From Paramoeba atlantica (lineage: Eukaryota > Protista > Discosea), in assembly GCA_977017575.1 (NCBI GenBank), contig CDRNVI010000177.1, positions 1-64,000 of the forward strand: 64,000 nucleotides of DNA. Reading direction: 5' to 3'. The position numbers were made by a program, and so were the translations under genes. The notes beneath the pieces were generated by a model, which saw only the letters and a list, made by a program, of their open reading frames with translations, was not told where the DNA came from and ran no database searches. Numbering within the stretch: the first letter of the stretch is position 1; each line of letters starts with the position of its first letter. Shown here piece by piece: positions 45,985 through 58,952 of this stretch.

Positions 45985-48900
45985 ATTAAGTTTAAAAAAA
46001 TATTCAAATATGAAATATTATAAATATGTTTTATATCTTTATTTAAATTCTTGTTGAATTCAATTCAATTGATTAAAGTTCATTATCATTAATATCCTTA
46101 TTACTACATTTTCTTTTCTTCACTTTTCCACTTCTTGATTTCCCCAGTTTTCAATTGTACTTCTTTAAACTATTGAAACCTTAGAAGTAAAACAAAATCT
46201 ACCTTGGTGATGCTTCAATTTGAATAACCAATAGAAGAAGCATTTGATCTTGAGAAATTGCTTAGAGGAAACTCCAAGCAGAACAATTAGTGAAGGCAAT
46301 TCATTTCCTGGTTGTGCAAAATGAAGAGTTGGTGTGAATAAAGAAGGAGTTTTTAAAGATGAAAGAACCAAACTACAAATCTTAGAAACAACATTGGAAA
46401 TTGGTAATTAAAGATGTGAATTTCCAAAACCCAGTTCAAGCCTCTCAATTTTGCATCTAAAAAAAGAGTATTGAACAAGATATTTGACCAAACATACTTG
46501 AGTTCAGAAAACAAATCAAGTTTGCAAGAGCAATTGAAACTCATTAGGCCAAAAGTTGGATGGATTACCTTTGAATTTGTTGTGTACCCTTAATAGATTC
46601 TTTGGTGAGAAAGTTGTCCTTATGGAACAGCAGAAGTTTGATCTTTTTTGAGTACCTGATAAAAAAGTTACTAATCAAGAATTTCAGGTGGTAACTACAG
46701 AATATTTGCACTTGTTCTTGAAGATAAGAGAAACTCCCTTTCAGGAAACCTATGTGAAGGAAGCAATGTGAGAATTCAAAAATCCAATCTTCCAAGGTCT
46801 AAATAAAGTGTCTATTAGGGGGGGAACAGATGAGTATTAAAGAATCAAAGAAAAATTGAAGAGGAGTGAACCAATAACCTGTTTTCTTTCATCCCTGGAT
46901 GAGCACTGTGGATAGATATGGTGATGCTGCAGCAAGGAAATATAAACATATGAGTCTTGTTAATTGGAACAAAAGAGTTCCAGGAAAGAGAGAATGTGGG
47001 GATTTCAGTTGGAAAAGACTTTACTTGTGAACTCCTTGGATGTGGGATATTAACTCTTGAAGAACTTAAAGAAAAAGCAAATGGTTTGTCAATTCTTTTA
47101 AGAGTAAAAAGGAATTTACTCAAAATACTTGGCAACAAAACAAGATGGTGGTCAAGATGAGTGAAAATGGCTTCACAATCCATATTGGCAACCTAGTAAG
47201 AGACTTGAATCCTAAAATATACCAAATAAATGATAAACTGTTCAACATACCTTGCATGGTCAATGATATTTACTACACAAGCACTTTGTGATTCTAGGGC
47301 TTGCAGGATAGATGTTGTGGCAAGAACATTCCTGAATAAAGCAATTCCCAAACTTTGAAGACCATTACAAAGGAAATTACATTTCCTTAGCTGACAAATC
47401 ATCAATAATGCCAACTGAGGAAGTTCACTCCTTCCCAATCCCAGAGAGATTGGAGAATTAAAAATAACTACACAAACAAGATTGGATCCTAGATCAATCT
47501 TAACAGTTGAGGTCAGACAGAAAAAAAAAGCTCTACAACTGAGATTTGATCATGTGAGACAATATATCTACACTACCTGAATTGAGATTATGAATGTTGG
47601 AAATACCTCATTCTCACTTGAAAAAGGGTCTACATGTTGTAAAACACATTAATGTTACAGAAAAGGATGCAGAACAAACCATTGCAAAACCTCTTGATAA
47701 AAGACCAGTAAAACTTCACCAAAAGAAGTCAGATGAAAGAATGTATAAAGATAAATTGGTCACTCCAAAACTACAGCCTCAAGAGGACTGCCATGGAATG
47801 GCAAAACACATGTGCAATCAAGGAGGTTAGGGATTCTCAGAAGAAACAGCATCAATGTTCTTTAGCAAATATTCTGTTGAGAGATGATCAGAAAAATCTG
47901 GAAGAAGATGAAAAGATGATTCCAGAGGAATATGAGGAGTTCACAAAGAAAACTGACCTCACTCTTAGTGATCTCAATCTTGATCAAATGATTCAACTCT
48001 GTAAACTCTTTGAAAAATACAAAGAAATGTGGGACATACTTAGCAATGCTCCAATCATGCATACAGATGCAACAGAGTTCAAAATTGAACTTAAAGATGA
48101 AACTCAAGAGCCTTTTAGATGAGCTTATTATATAAAGGAGACAGTCAAAAGGACAATTGAAGAGAATCAAATCCAAGAGATGGCCAAGAGAAGAGTCATC
48201 CAATCATCAAATTCACCATGTGAGTGGCAAAAAAGCAAATGAAAAAGTCTGATTCTGTGTGGATTACAGAGAATTAAATGAAAGGACTAAGAAATGGAGT
48301 TATCCAATACCAAAAAAATTAATGATGTGTTGTCATACCTGGGTGAATCCTCATTCTTTTCAACATTGGATATGACTGCAGCATTTTAGTCAATCCCAAT
48401 CCAAGAGGAGGACAAGGGAAAAATGGCTTTTGTTCACAATTCAGGCTGTGGGAATGGAATTCAATGCCATTTGGATTAACAAATGCTCTGGCAACACAGC
48501 AACATTTTATAGATACAATACTTGCTGGCTTGCAATGATATATATCTGTATTAATTATGTTGATGACATAGTTATCTTCTCAAAAACCTTTGAGAAACAT
48601 ATTCAATCACTAGTAGAGAAAGTGCTGGATAGATTAAAGGAAAATAAGTTGCAAATTAACCTGAGTAAAGTGGTGAAAGATCTTTCACATTACTTGGATA
48701 TACAGCAACAAAGGATGGAATTTTGGCTAATGACAAGAAAGTCAAGGTTATAAAACATTTTCCACAACCAACCAATCAAAAGGAATTACAATCACTCTTA
48801 GGATTGGTTAGTTGGTGTAGGAGATTCATCCACAATTGTTCTCAAAAAACATACCACCTTCAAGAATTACTGCTACAACCATTATTTGAATGGGTTAAGG

Positions 48901-51421
48901 AGGCAGATAATGAATTTCAGGAAATGAAGGAAACAATTGCAAGAATACCAATGCCAAATTTCAGAACAACATTCTATATTCATGTGGACACATCAAAAAA
49001 TGGTTATGATTCAATACTGACACAACACCCTGATGATCCTCTTGATAAACCAGCACCAAAAAGGTCAGGAATACCAAAAAAGCACAAAATAGTCGCTTTC
49101 ACAAGTCTGGCTTTGCCAAAACACAATAAAAATATACAAATTCTGAACAAGAATGTTATGAGGCTTACTGGGCAATTAACAAGTTTAAGAAATTCATTAT
49201 GGGAAGAGATGTGGTGATTTTTAGTGAGCACCAGAGTCAACAGTCAAACTGTGCAACTCCACAGTAAGCAAACAAGAAGCAAACTTATCTGTGGGTGGCT
49301 GCTGGAAATAGCAGCAGTTGCAAGTCAAATTCTACACCAACCTGGGAAAACACTGGTTATTCCTGATACACTCAGTTGAGCACATCATGTATCCTATCAA
49401 GAGGAAGATGCTCAAACTCCAATTAAGAAGTCCTGGAGAGACTGGGAGTTAAAAATGTGGAAAACAAAACAACATTTTAACAAACAAAAAATGGCAATAT
49501 TGAAGCTCTGTTCTCTCTCAAAAACCTGTCATAGGGTAGATGAGTCCACCAGAGATGGAAAGGAGTTATTGGCTAAAATGGGTCAGTGCACAGAAAGCAT
49601 GGGTCAGCTTGGTGGCCAATCTGCTCAAGGAAGGAGCAGGGGACTCTCTCAAGGATGACTATCTGGGATAGCTGTTGGGTCAGCTTCATGTAAGACACTG
49701 GGCAGTGTGATGGGTTAGCTTCAGACAATTCCCAGCAAGACTGAGTGTAATGACATTTCTGACTCTGGAAGTGAGGATGAATTTAGGTCAAGTACACAAC
49801 CAGGTGAACCTACCAGAGTTCATACAGTGCCTGAAATACAACCTCTTATAAATAAGGAGCCAGAAGGAGCAAAACTGTCAGATACTGGTGCTGGCCACAC
49901 TGGATCTGAGAATCAGAATGATTCAGAAAAACAATGGATCATAAAGGACCAAGAACAATACTGGAGCAATATGAAGGATCAATTTTGTCAGAATGAGAAA
50001 TTTGATCTTAATTAGAGAATACCTGAGTTTTGTAAAGACATTCAGAAATTATTGGAAACAAGGTGACATTATTGTCTCAATAATACATATACCCATATCT
50101 TATCAATTGTGGATGCCTTCACAGGGTACTTTTCATTATTTCCGCTGAAAGCTGTCATCACAAAAGAGATGGCACAATGCCTCTTGAAATATGTTACAAT
50201 CCATTCAATGCCACCGGAAATAGTGACTGATGGAGGGGCCCAGAAAGAACTCTTTGTGGAATTGACACAAATCTGGGGAACACACCATGCAAAGGTCTCC
50301 CTCTATAACCACAAAGGAAATGGCAAAGTGGGAACAATTCATTCACCTGTTAAAAACATGATGAGGGCTTTATGTCCAGAAATATCAAAGGGACTGTGGG
50401 ATTTGCTCCTTCCAATTGGTGGAATTTGCTTACAATACCCAAGTTCATTCTGTAACAAAACAAAAACCTTTCATGTTACAATTTGGTCGAATACCAACAT
50501 ATCCAATCAATGTTACACTGGGAACATCAAACCCAAAATTGGTTACTTCAGATGAATATGTGGCTAATGTGAGGGATAAGATGTTAGAAATCTTTCAACT
50601 GGTAAATGAAAAATGAAGAGATTCCAAGGAACAAAGAGTTGATGACTATAATGCTCATCAAAGAACTCAAATTCTATCGGTTGGAGACTGAGTCCTTCTT
50701 CTAAATCATGAAAAAAGGAAGAAATTTAACCAAAAATTCAATCCAAGGACACAAGGTGATGTCCATATGATAACTGAGGTTGTTTCAGCTCAAATATATC
50801 GATTAAGGAATCTCAAAACAAGATGGATTCTTCCACAACCTGTTCATGGAAGTGAATTAATATGAAAGGGTTGAGATTGAAAAGGAACAAAACCTGATAA
50901 AGGAGAAAGAACTCCCACCAGGAGATGGATGAAGAAGTCTGAGATATAGAATTATCTCAGAAAGAGAATTTGATGGTTATCAACAATATTGTATGGAAAT
51001 CCAACCACCTACTGGAAGAAAATGACATGAGTGGTGAGAGAAAGAACACCTGGGAGGTACAAAAGAGTTGAAAGATTACCTCAAGGCAAAGAAGCCTCAA
51101 AAAGGTTATTGGTGGCAGACTGATCAATAATGGGTGGATTTTCCCTGTAAGAACTTTGAATTTTGTTCAGAACTGACAAAGCTGCGCTCAAAACTCTGCT
51201 TGCAAGGGGGGGGTGTAAATAATTAAATATCCAAATATGGAATATTATAAATATGTATAACACCTTTATTTGAATCCTTGTTGAATTCAGTTCAACTGAT
51301 TGCAGTTCATTGTTGTCAACATCCTGTCACTGTGTTCTCTCCTCTCTACTCTCTCACTTGTTGATTTCCCAGTTTCTCAACTGTGCTTCTTTGAAACCTC
51401 AGAAATAAAACAAAATCTACA
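45985..51421 (+). mobile_element. Second Ty3/gypsy retrotransposon, heavily decayed
   Basis: LTRs at about 45985-46203 and 51214-51421 (TGTA...TACA). PBS-like TGGTGATGC at 46205, PPT AAGGGGGGGG at 51204-51213. Remnants ALCDS(G>R)A, FCVDYRELN, YVDDIVIF, HVDTSKNG, IVTDGG and a chromodomain-like tail. Confidence 0.9.
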
Positions 51422-52940
51422 AAGGATTGCTTCATCCAAGAAAGCTTCACAACAAAAAAAAAACAAGATGTCACATAAAAACAAAAAGGAAAAAGGAAAT
51501 GGAAATGGATATAAAAATAAAAAATAATATCGACAAGAGAGTGAGCCAGGCTGAGAAAAAAATAATCATAACAACAATAAATAACAACAATAATAAAATA
51601 ACAAAATAACAACAACAATATTCCAAACAAAGTACACTATTGGGGAGAATCAAACAAAACAACAACAGCAACATTCACAACAGACTCTTTGCCAACAAAC
51701 ACTTTCAGGGTGAAATCATTCCAAACAGTTTTAAATAATATATGTGACACAACCAAAAAACCTAGAATAAAGAAAGAAACAACAATCCATAAAAATAACC
51801 CAAACAGTAATTCTCTCTCAAAGATAAGTTGAGGATCCAAACTTTTAAACAACTCTCCCAACAACATCTCAACCAACCAACAAAAGAAAACCAAATAATA
51901 ATAAAAGCAAACATAACAAAAAAAACCTTTTTTGAAGAAAAAAAAGAATAGGTCACACAAGTTCCAACAAACACAAGCAAGAAAAAACAGTCCAAAAAAC
52001 TCACATCAGTAATTATTCAATCCCTCACCTCACTCTTGTTCCCTTTTGGAGGGGGATATCTTTTTTTTTTGAATTTCATTCAAGAAAACAAAAAAAACCT
52101 AACTCTCAGATTCTCCATCAACCCTCTGGCTCTCTGGTAACAAAAAAGAGAAGTAACCCACCAAAGAAAAGAAGAAATAAGAAAAAGAAAGCACAAAAAA
52201 ACAGGAAAAGGAAAAAGAAAAAAAGAAAAAAAGAAAGAAAACAAAAAAAGAAAGAAAAAAAAAGAAAGAAAAAAAAGAAAGAAAAAGAAAGAAAAAAAAG
52301 AAAGAAAAAGAAACCACAACTCGAAGCAACATATTTAACCCAATCATGATCACAGTGACCTATGAAAGAAGAGAAAAAAAGAGAAAAGGAAAAAGAGAAA
52401 GGAAAAGAAACAAAAAGAGAGAAAAAAAAGGGAAGAAAAAAAAGGGAGAAAAGAAGGGAGAAAAAAAGAGAAGTAAGGAAAAAAGAAAAGAGATGATGGC
52501 AAGAACAAAAACAGAAAACTAGAGTGGGGAAGGTGCAACACTCTTTTTTTAGCCACAAAAAAAAGATTTTGGGGTTTCACAATTTTTTTTACCCTTTGTT
52601 TTTTTTGTTTTTTTTGTTTCCTTTCAATCCTTTTTGCATCTCCCAAGTCTTGGTCATGTTTCACAAAGACACTATCACACTCATCATCAAGACAAAAAAA
52701 AACACTCAAACAGAAGGGATTGAAGAAAATTGGAACAAAAAGATGAAGAAAAATGAAAAAATTCAATATGTGGGAATTGAACCTGTCAGGTGAATAGATG
52801 GTTCTTGCCCTTCTCCTTACTCTCCTAGGTTCGAAAAAGAAGTCTTTCAATCCTCCTCCAAAGAAGAGAAGACAAAAATAGAAGACATTATTTGAAAAAT
52901 AACAAACCAAAGTCACCAGGGTTACCAAAATGAACCTAGG

Positions 52941-52997
52941 ATTTTCATACTCTCTGGGTGCTAATTTGAAAATTCATACCCAAAGAGTATAAGTTTT
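52941..52997. repeat. Stem-loop of about 55 bp, repeated at 56283-56338
   Basis: Arms CATACTCTCTGGGT / ACCCAAAGAGTAT around the loop TAATTTGAAAATT. The second copy is TCATTCTCTCTGGGTAC..GTACCCAGAGAATATGA. Confidence 0.7.
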
Positions 52998-54169
52998 CTT
53001 CCTTGAGGTCATTTGAGCGTTGCTTGGATCACCACTGATAGGGAAAGAACCAAAATAACACTTCTTCATCCATTCAAGAACGAAAGTTCTTTTTATGGTT
53101 ATCCAATAAGTTGATTGTTTCAACAAAAAAAAAGATCAAAAGAGATAAGTTCTCTGGTCAAAAAAAATGAGAAAAAGGAGGCAAAAAGAAAAGATCAGAA
53201 GAGTAAGATAAAGGAAATAGGGGAAATAAAATGGAAACAAACAAAAAAAAATCTAATGATAAAGAAAAAAGAAAAAAGAACCCTAGTAAGCTGATAGTCT
53301 CACAGCTTAACCATTTCAGTCAGGTCCCATTTCTCTCAAAGCTCTTCTTTCTCAAAAGACAAAGGAATGCCAAATCAAAGGTTCCCAACATTGAACTGGG
53401 GTGAGTCATAAAATAATTGAAGAAATAATTGAAATTCTCAAGGGTCCACCAGGTTTAATCCTCTTATAACATCAAAGAGAAAAGGGTTGTTTGAACAAAT
53501 CAAAAGAACTTTTTAACTTGTTTATAACACTCTTTACAATCTTTTCAATTTGTTTTGCCTTTCTTGATCTTGAATGTTAATCACAAATAAATTATTAAAA
53601 GCCAAGTACAAAGTGGAGACATTATACAAAGAGGAAAGCAATTATCCCTTTTAAAAGAAAAGAAAAGAAAAAAAGTTAGTTTTTTTGATTAAAAAAAACA
53701 AAAAACAAAAAAAAACATCATCATCACAACAAAACACCAAAACCCCTCCCTCCACCACAGGTATTCAACAAAACCAAATAACCATAACCCAAATATCCAC
53801 CCAAGAAACAACCACCTATAAACAACTGCCAACAAATAACAAATAACAAACAACAAAACAACAAAACAACAAACAACAATTCCCCCCCCACAAACAATGC
53901 ACAATACTCCAGGAACAACAAAACACAAAATAAAGAAGCTCCCTTCATTCAAAAGGAAAGTCAATGAATTTTAAAAAAAACAAAGGGGAAAGAAAGGAGG
54001 GAAGGAAGGAAGAGGAAAAAGAGAAAGGAGGAAAAGAGGGGGGAAAACAAAAGAGATAAAAAAGAAAAAGGGAAAGTAAAAAAGGGAGAAAAAGGAGAAA
54101 GATAAGAAAGAAACAAGAGGAAGAGAAGGAAAAACCTCTGATTGAAAGCAAATCAAGCAAGGGAAAAAA

Positions 54170-54290
54170 GAACCTTGGATGTGTGGTCTCAAGTCTCTCA
54201 GCAAGAATTGTATCATAAGAAGAAAAAGAGTTGTTTGAACAAATCAAAAAAACTTTTAATTTGTTCATAAAACTCAAAAATTGTTACCTA
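54170..54290. repeat. Dispersed repeat, also at about 53490-53560 and inverted at about 62405-62600
   Basis: Shared GAGTTGTTTGAACAAATCAAAA.AACT.TTTAA.TTGTT.ATAA motif. Confidence 0.7.
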
Positions 54291-55685
54291 ACTAACAGAA
54301 AAAGAAAAAAAAAAAGAAAATGAAAAGAAAGAAAAAGAAAAGAGAAAAAAAAAGAAAAAAGAAAGAGGAAAAGGAGAAAAAAGAAAGAAAAAGAAAAAGA
54401 GAAAAAGAAAAGAGGGAGAAAAAAAAGGAGAAAAAAAAGGAGAAAAAAAAAGAAAAAAGAAAAAAGAAAAGAAAAAGAAAAAGAAAAAAAAGAAAAAGAG
54501 AAAGAGAAAAAGAAAAGAAGAAAAAGAAAAAAAGAAAAAGAACCAACAAAAAGATAGAGACTTTTGTGGTGTGTGCAGGGGAGGGGGGGAGGTTGTGTGT
54601 TACTCTCAAGAACATCAATATGATCTGCCAGTTTCTCATCACACTCTTTCTGAGCATTTCAATCTTCTTCTCTCTCTTCTTCTGTTGTTCCTTTGAGGCT
54701 TTTCTTGGAGTTCTCAGAAACTGAATCAACATCATCAGTATTCTTCTCATCACCCACTTTCTTTTCATCATCATTCACTCGATTTTCGATCTCCTGATGA
54801 CTCTTCACTGCTGTCACCATCTTGTTTGCTCTTTTTTGGGAGGAGAAATAAAGCATCTTCTCCAAGTCTTGGTCACGTTTCACAAAGACAACACATCACA
54901 CTCATCATTGAGATAGAACACTTGAGAACTACAGTTGAAAGTTCCATACACATCCTGGATGTTCCTTCAGAGGCTTTGAAAATCTTTGAGCTTGAACAGA
55001 ACAATCCCACAAACAAACAAAAAACAAAATCACCAAAAAGACACCACCACAAAAAACAAAACTTAGACTGGAAAAAAAGGAGGGTGGTTTTGGGGAGGGG
55101 TGGTTCAATTCCCACAAAATTTTCCTTTTTTTTTTTGACTTTTTTTTTGTTCAGTGAAAGCATTGATTGGGGTTTGGTTTGGGCGGGTTTGGTTTGGGCG
55201 GGTTTGGTTTTTTTTTCGAAGTGAGGGGTTGGTTGTGGAGAGTTGTCTTCGAAAAATGAGAAACACTCAATGCAAGATGAATCTCCTTTCTGTGTCTCAA
55301 ATATGTGTAAAACTTGGGATGCGCATCCTGTTGTTCTGGATTCTGAGCAAATTCGTGTGTGATGAAAAAGAAGAGGATCAAGTTGAGTGATTCTCAGGCG
55401 GCAATTTTGAGCGGTCCTCAATGCAATTGGATTATTATTATTTAGCTTTGCCCCAACACACCAATAGACACTTCACTGAACTGAGCCAACTTTTTCCAAA
55501 AAACACAGGTTTCTTCATCCCCCTCCTTGACTTGACCCAACACACACACACACACAAAAACTCAAAACAAAAACTCAAAACACAAAAAAAACAAAAACCA
55601 ATCAAAAACAATCAAAAACAACCAAACCAAAACAAAACAAAGTAATCCCTTCTTGTGTGATTGATCGATAAATACAACTACTACT

Positions 55686-56155
55686 ATGGCTTCTGTGGTT
55701 CAATTTTCTGATGAATGTATCCTCTCTATTGCTCAGTCTGTCAAATCTGGGAAGTCAAAAGGGGTGTATCTTCTTGATCAACAACATGGAAAATGTTGAA
55801 CTGAATTATCATGATTTATCAAAAAGTGGGGATGTGGTGGATGGACAAACAGAAAATGAACTGAATTCACAAAACTCATCTCCCAAGAGACAAATGTGCA
55901 TATGGATTGACTCACATCAAAAATACATCTCTCCTTCTGATCACATGTGAAAGGAGTAAATTAGTATTTGTGATGTGGGCACCATACAAGAGCTAAAATC
56001 AAAAGAAAAGATGGTTGTTTCTTTTACTGCAAATGGAATTGTTGGAAAGATTGGAGAAGGTGGAATTTCTTGTTAACTTCAGGGTGGTTCAGTTGCATCT
56101 GTTGATTGTGATGAAAGTTTTGGAACATGCATTGGCACAATCTACAATGAAGTGA
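55686..56155 (+). pseudogene. ADF/cofilin (actophorin-like) processed pseudogene
   Basis: MASVVQFSDECI, LPRDKCAY, RSKLVFVMWAP, AKIK-EKMV and LQG across shifting frames. Intronless; TGA is followed by an A-rich tail. Candidate TSD AAGTAATCCCT (55640-55650) / AAATAACCCCT (56171-56181). Confidence 0.8.
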
Positions 56156-56697
56156 GAAAAAAGAAAGAGGAAATAACCCCTAATAAAAATTTAGTTCACT
56201 AAAAGTGTGCAAAAAGTTGCTGTTTTTTTTTAGTTTTTCTTTGTTGTTTGCCTCACATTTCATTGGTATTTTTGTTGGTATTTTATCATTCTCTCTGGGT
56301 ACTAATTTGAAAATTTGTACCCAGAGAATATGAATTTTACTCAAACTAAGAAACCAAATTAGACCATTGATGTCTCCTTCAAAAAGAAAAAAGAGAATGT
56401 TTTTTTGGTACTGGGATTGGGATGCTTTCAACTGGGTATGACATACTTTCCTTTCCTTTTTTCTTTTTTAAGAAGTGAAAAAAATGAGAAGAAATCAACA
56501 AAGAAGAAAACCACAAAATCAAAACCAATTGAGACTCTTTAAGGCAAACCTCCAGAATTCCAGCAAAAAGGGAAAACCAAAAGAAATCGTGGTTCCACTT
56601 GCATTTTTGTTTTTTGGGGAGGGAGAGTGTTTTTTTTGGGGTCTGTTGTAAAAATGACAAAGCATTAACCCAATAATGGCAATACATAAATAAATTG

Positions 56698-57059
56698 AAA
56701 GAATTTTTTAAAAGTGGACACTTATTTTCCAGGGCCCCTTTGAATGATCCCTCTCTTTGGTTAGTTTTTCGAAGAATGAAGTCTCGAAAACATTTTTTTT
56801 CGAAGGATTATGTTTCGAAACCATTTTTTTTCGAAGAATCATGTTTCGAAAGGTGATTCTTGGAAAAAAATGATTTTGAAACATGATTCTTCGAAAAAAA
56901 ATGGTTTCGAAACATAATTCTTCGAAAAAAAATGTTTTCGAGACTTGATTTTTCGAAAAAAAATGATTTCGAAACTTCATTCTTCGAAAAACTAACCAAA
57001 GAGAGGGACCATTCAAAGGGGCCCTGGAAAATAAGCGTCCACTTTAAAAAAAATTCTTG
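56698..57059. mobile_element. Foldback/MITE-like element with long inverted arms and internal TTCGAA subrepeats
   Basis: About 56698-56780 is the reverse complement of about 56975-57059. More than ten TCGA-containing units lie inside. Confidence 0.85.
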
Positions 57060-57317
57060 CACTACGGGGAAAACGCCCCAAAGATGTTTCAAATATGGCG
57101 TCGACAGCCCCTATTCTTTGGACAATTTATTTGATTTGGGAGGAAAACCCGTTTTCCTCCATTTTCGAAAGAAAAATCCAGTTCAGTTTGAAAAAATTCA
57201 AACGGAAAGAAGAGAGCAAAATCACAGGTTTCAGAAATCAAATAAATTGTCCAAAGAATAGGGGCTGTCGACGCCAAGGGCTATTTGAAACATCTTTGGG
57301 GCGTTTTCCCCGTAGTG
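57060..57317. mobile_element. CACTA/EnSpm-type MITE, 258 bp
   Basis: Termini CACTACGGGGAAAACGCCCC...GGGGCGTTTTCCCCGTAGTG with inverted arms of about 80 bp. Flanks TG / TA (possible 2-bp TSD with one transition). Confidence 0.9.
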
Positions 57318-57933
57318 TATATTGCATGATGAAAAAAAGAGAAAAAAGGGAATGAAAGAAAAAACAAAAAACAAAAACAAGAGAAAAAGAGAGAGAAAGA
57401 GAAAAAGAAGGGGAAAAGAGAAAAAAACATGATACTAAAATAACAAAGAAATAAAGGGAAAAGAAAAAAGAAAAAGAAAACCAACCTCTATTAACACTTT
57501 TCTTTCTGGCAAACAAACTCTAGTTTCTAGGATACCCCCATATTCTTGGGTTCTCTTTTGGGTTGTCTTGTCTGGATTGGCTTGGATTGTCCTGAACAAC
57601 CAACCAACAACCCAACAACCGACCGACAACCAACAACAAGCTCTCAAAAAACACTTCTCTTGGCTCTTTTGAAACAATCAATAACATCCAGCAATAACAA
57701 TAGCAACAACAATCAAAACAATCACATTTATACCAAAATAAAACCTGAACACTACACAGTGAAGAAATGAAACACCAAAAGTTTACAACTCAAAACTCTA
57801 AGAAGAAGGTTTGTAAGTGAAGAAGAAAACAAAATAAAAACAAAATACAAAAACACAAAAACAAACAATTAAACTACTTGACAAAAACACCAAAACAACA
57901 AAATAACAAAATAAAGAGGGGAAAAAAAGAAAC

Positions 57934-58240
57934 CTGTGGTGATGTAACAAGAGTGGCAAACTCCCTCTCCTTGTGAATTGTTGGGTGGGAATAGACTCCA
58001 CTTCTGAGTTCAAGCAAAATTCACGGTACCTCTTAATATATTAATTAATTCATCATCGCCAAGAAGAAGGAGGTTAAAAGAAGTCAAAAAATAGCCATAT
58101 TCTCCAAATTTCTTGCCAAACTTAACCCCCTTCTTTCTCTTCTTTCCGCAATGGAGTGGAGCACGAAACAAAACGGAGGTCTCTGAACATGCAGCCAGAT
58201 TATTTTAATATCTCATCAGGGACCATCTCGAGAGGTTAGA
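57934..58240 (-). pseudogene. Possible F-box-like exon with multiple stops
   Basis: LEMVPDEIL...DLRFVS...VWQEIW...PPSSWR...YIKRY pattern with six TAA/TGA stops. GT donor at 57933. Confidence 0.4.
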
Positions 58241-58903
58241 GAAAGAAAAGAAAGAAAAATTAGTATTCACAATTTTTGAAGAACACCATCAAAAGGGAGA
58301 AAAAGAAAAAGAAGAAAAAGAAAAGTAGAAAGAAAAGAATAAAAGAATAAAAAAGAGTAAAGAGAAAAAAAGAAATCTTGAATGGTCTTTTCCACATTTC
58401 CCCTGAAAAGAGTTTATCAATAGAAAGAAAAAAAGAAAAGGAAAAAGAAAAAGGGAAAGAGGGAAAGAGAAAAGAAAACCCACTCAAAAAACAACAAAAA
58501 TGAAACAAGGGGAAAAGAAAAAAAAAAAAACACAGCAAACACAACGATAAATTGGCCACAAAAGAAAAGAATGTTAACATTGTGTGCGCAAAACCACCAT
58601 CAAAAAAAGTTCTTCTTTTTTCTCATGTTCAATGAAAAAAGCAACACACAACAAGATTCACCAATATCCCTCACCAATGTAATAGTGATCCATCAACAAA
58701 GATTCTTTTGTTCTGGATCAAAGAGCATAACCAAAGGTCAAAAACAACTCTCGATTTAGTCTCTCACCACAATCTAAAAAAGAAAGAAAAGAAATAAGAA
58801 AAGAAAAGAAAGAAAGTAAGAAGAAGAAAATTAGAGAAATATAAGAAAAAAACAAACACCCCATGATTTTTGAAGATTTTGCTGAATTCTTTGTACCCCA
58901 CAC

Positions 58904-58952
<49 letters not shown>

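Noticed and set aside
56760-56995. CRISPR-like array of TTCGAA units, and the 9-bp GTCACAGAA repeat at 15950-16000
   Set aside because: There are no unique spacers and no cas genes, and the context is eukaryotic. These are internal subrepeats of transposons.
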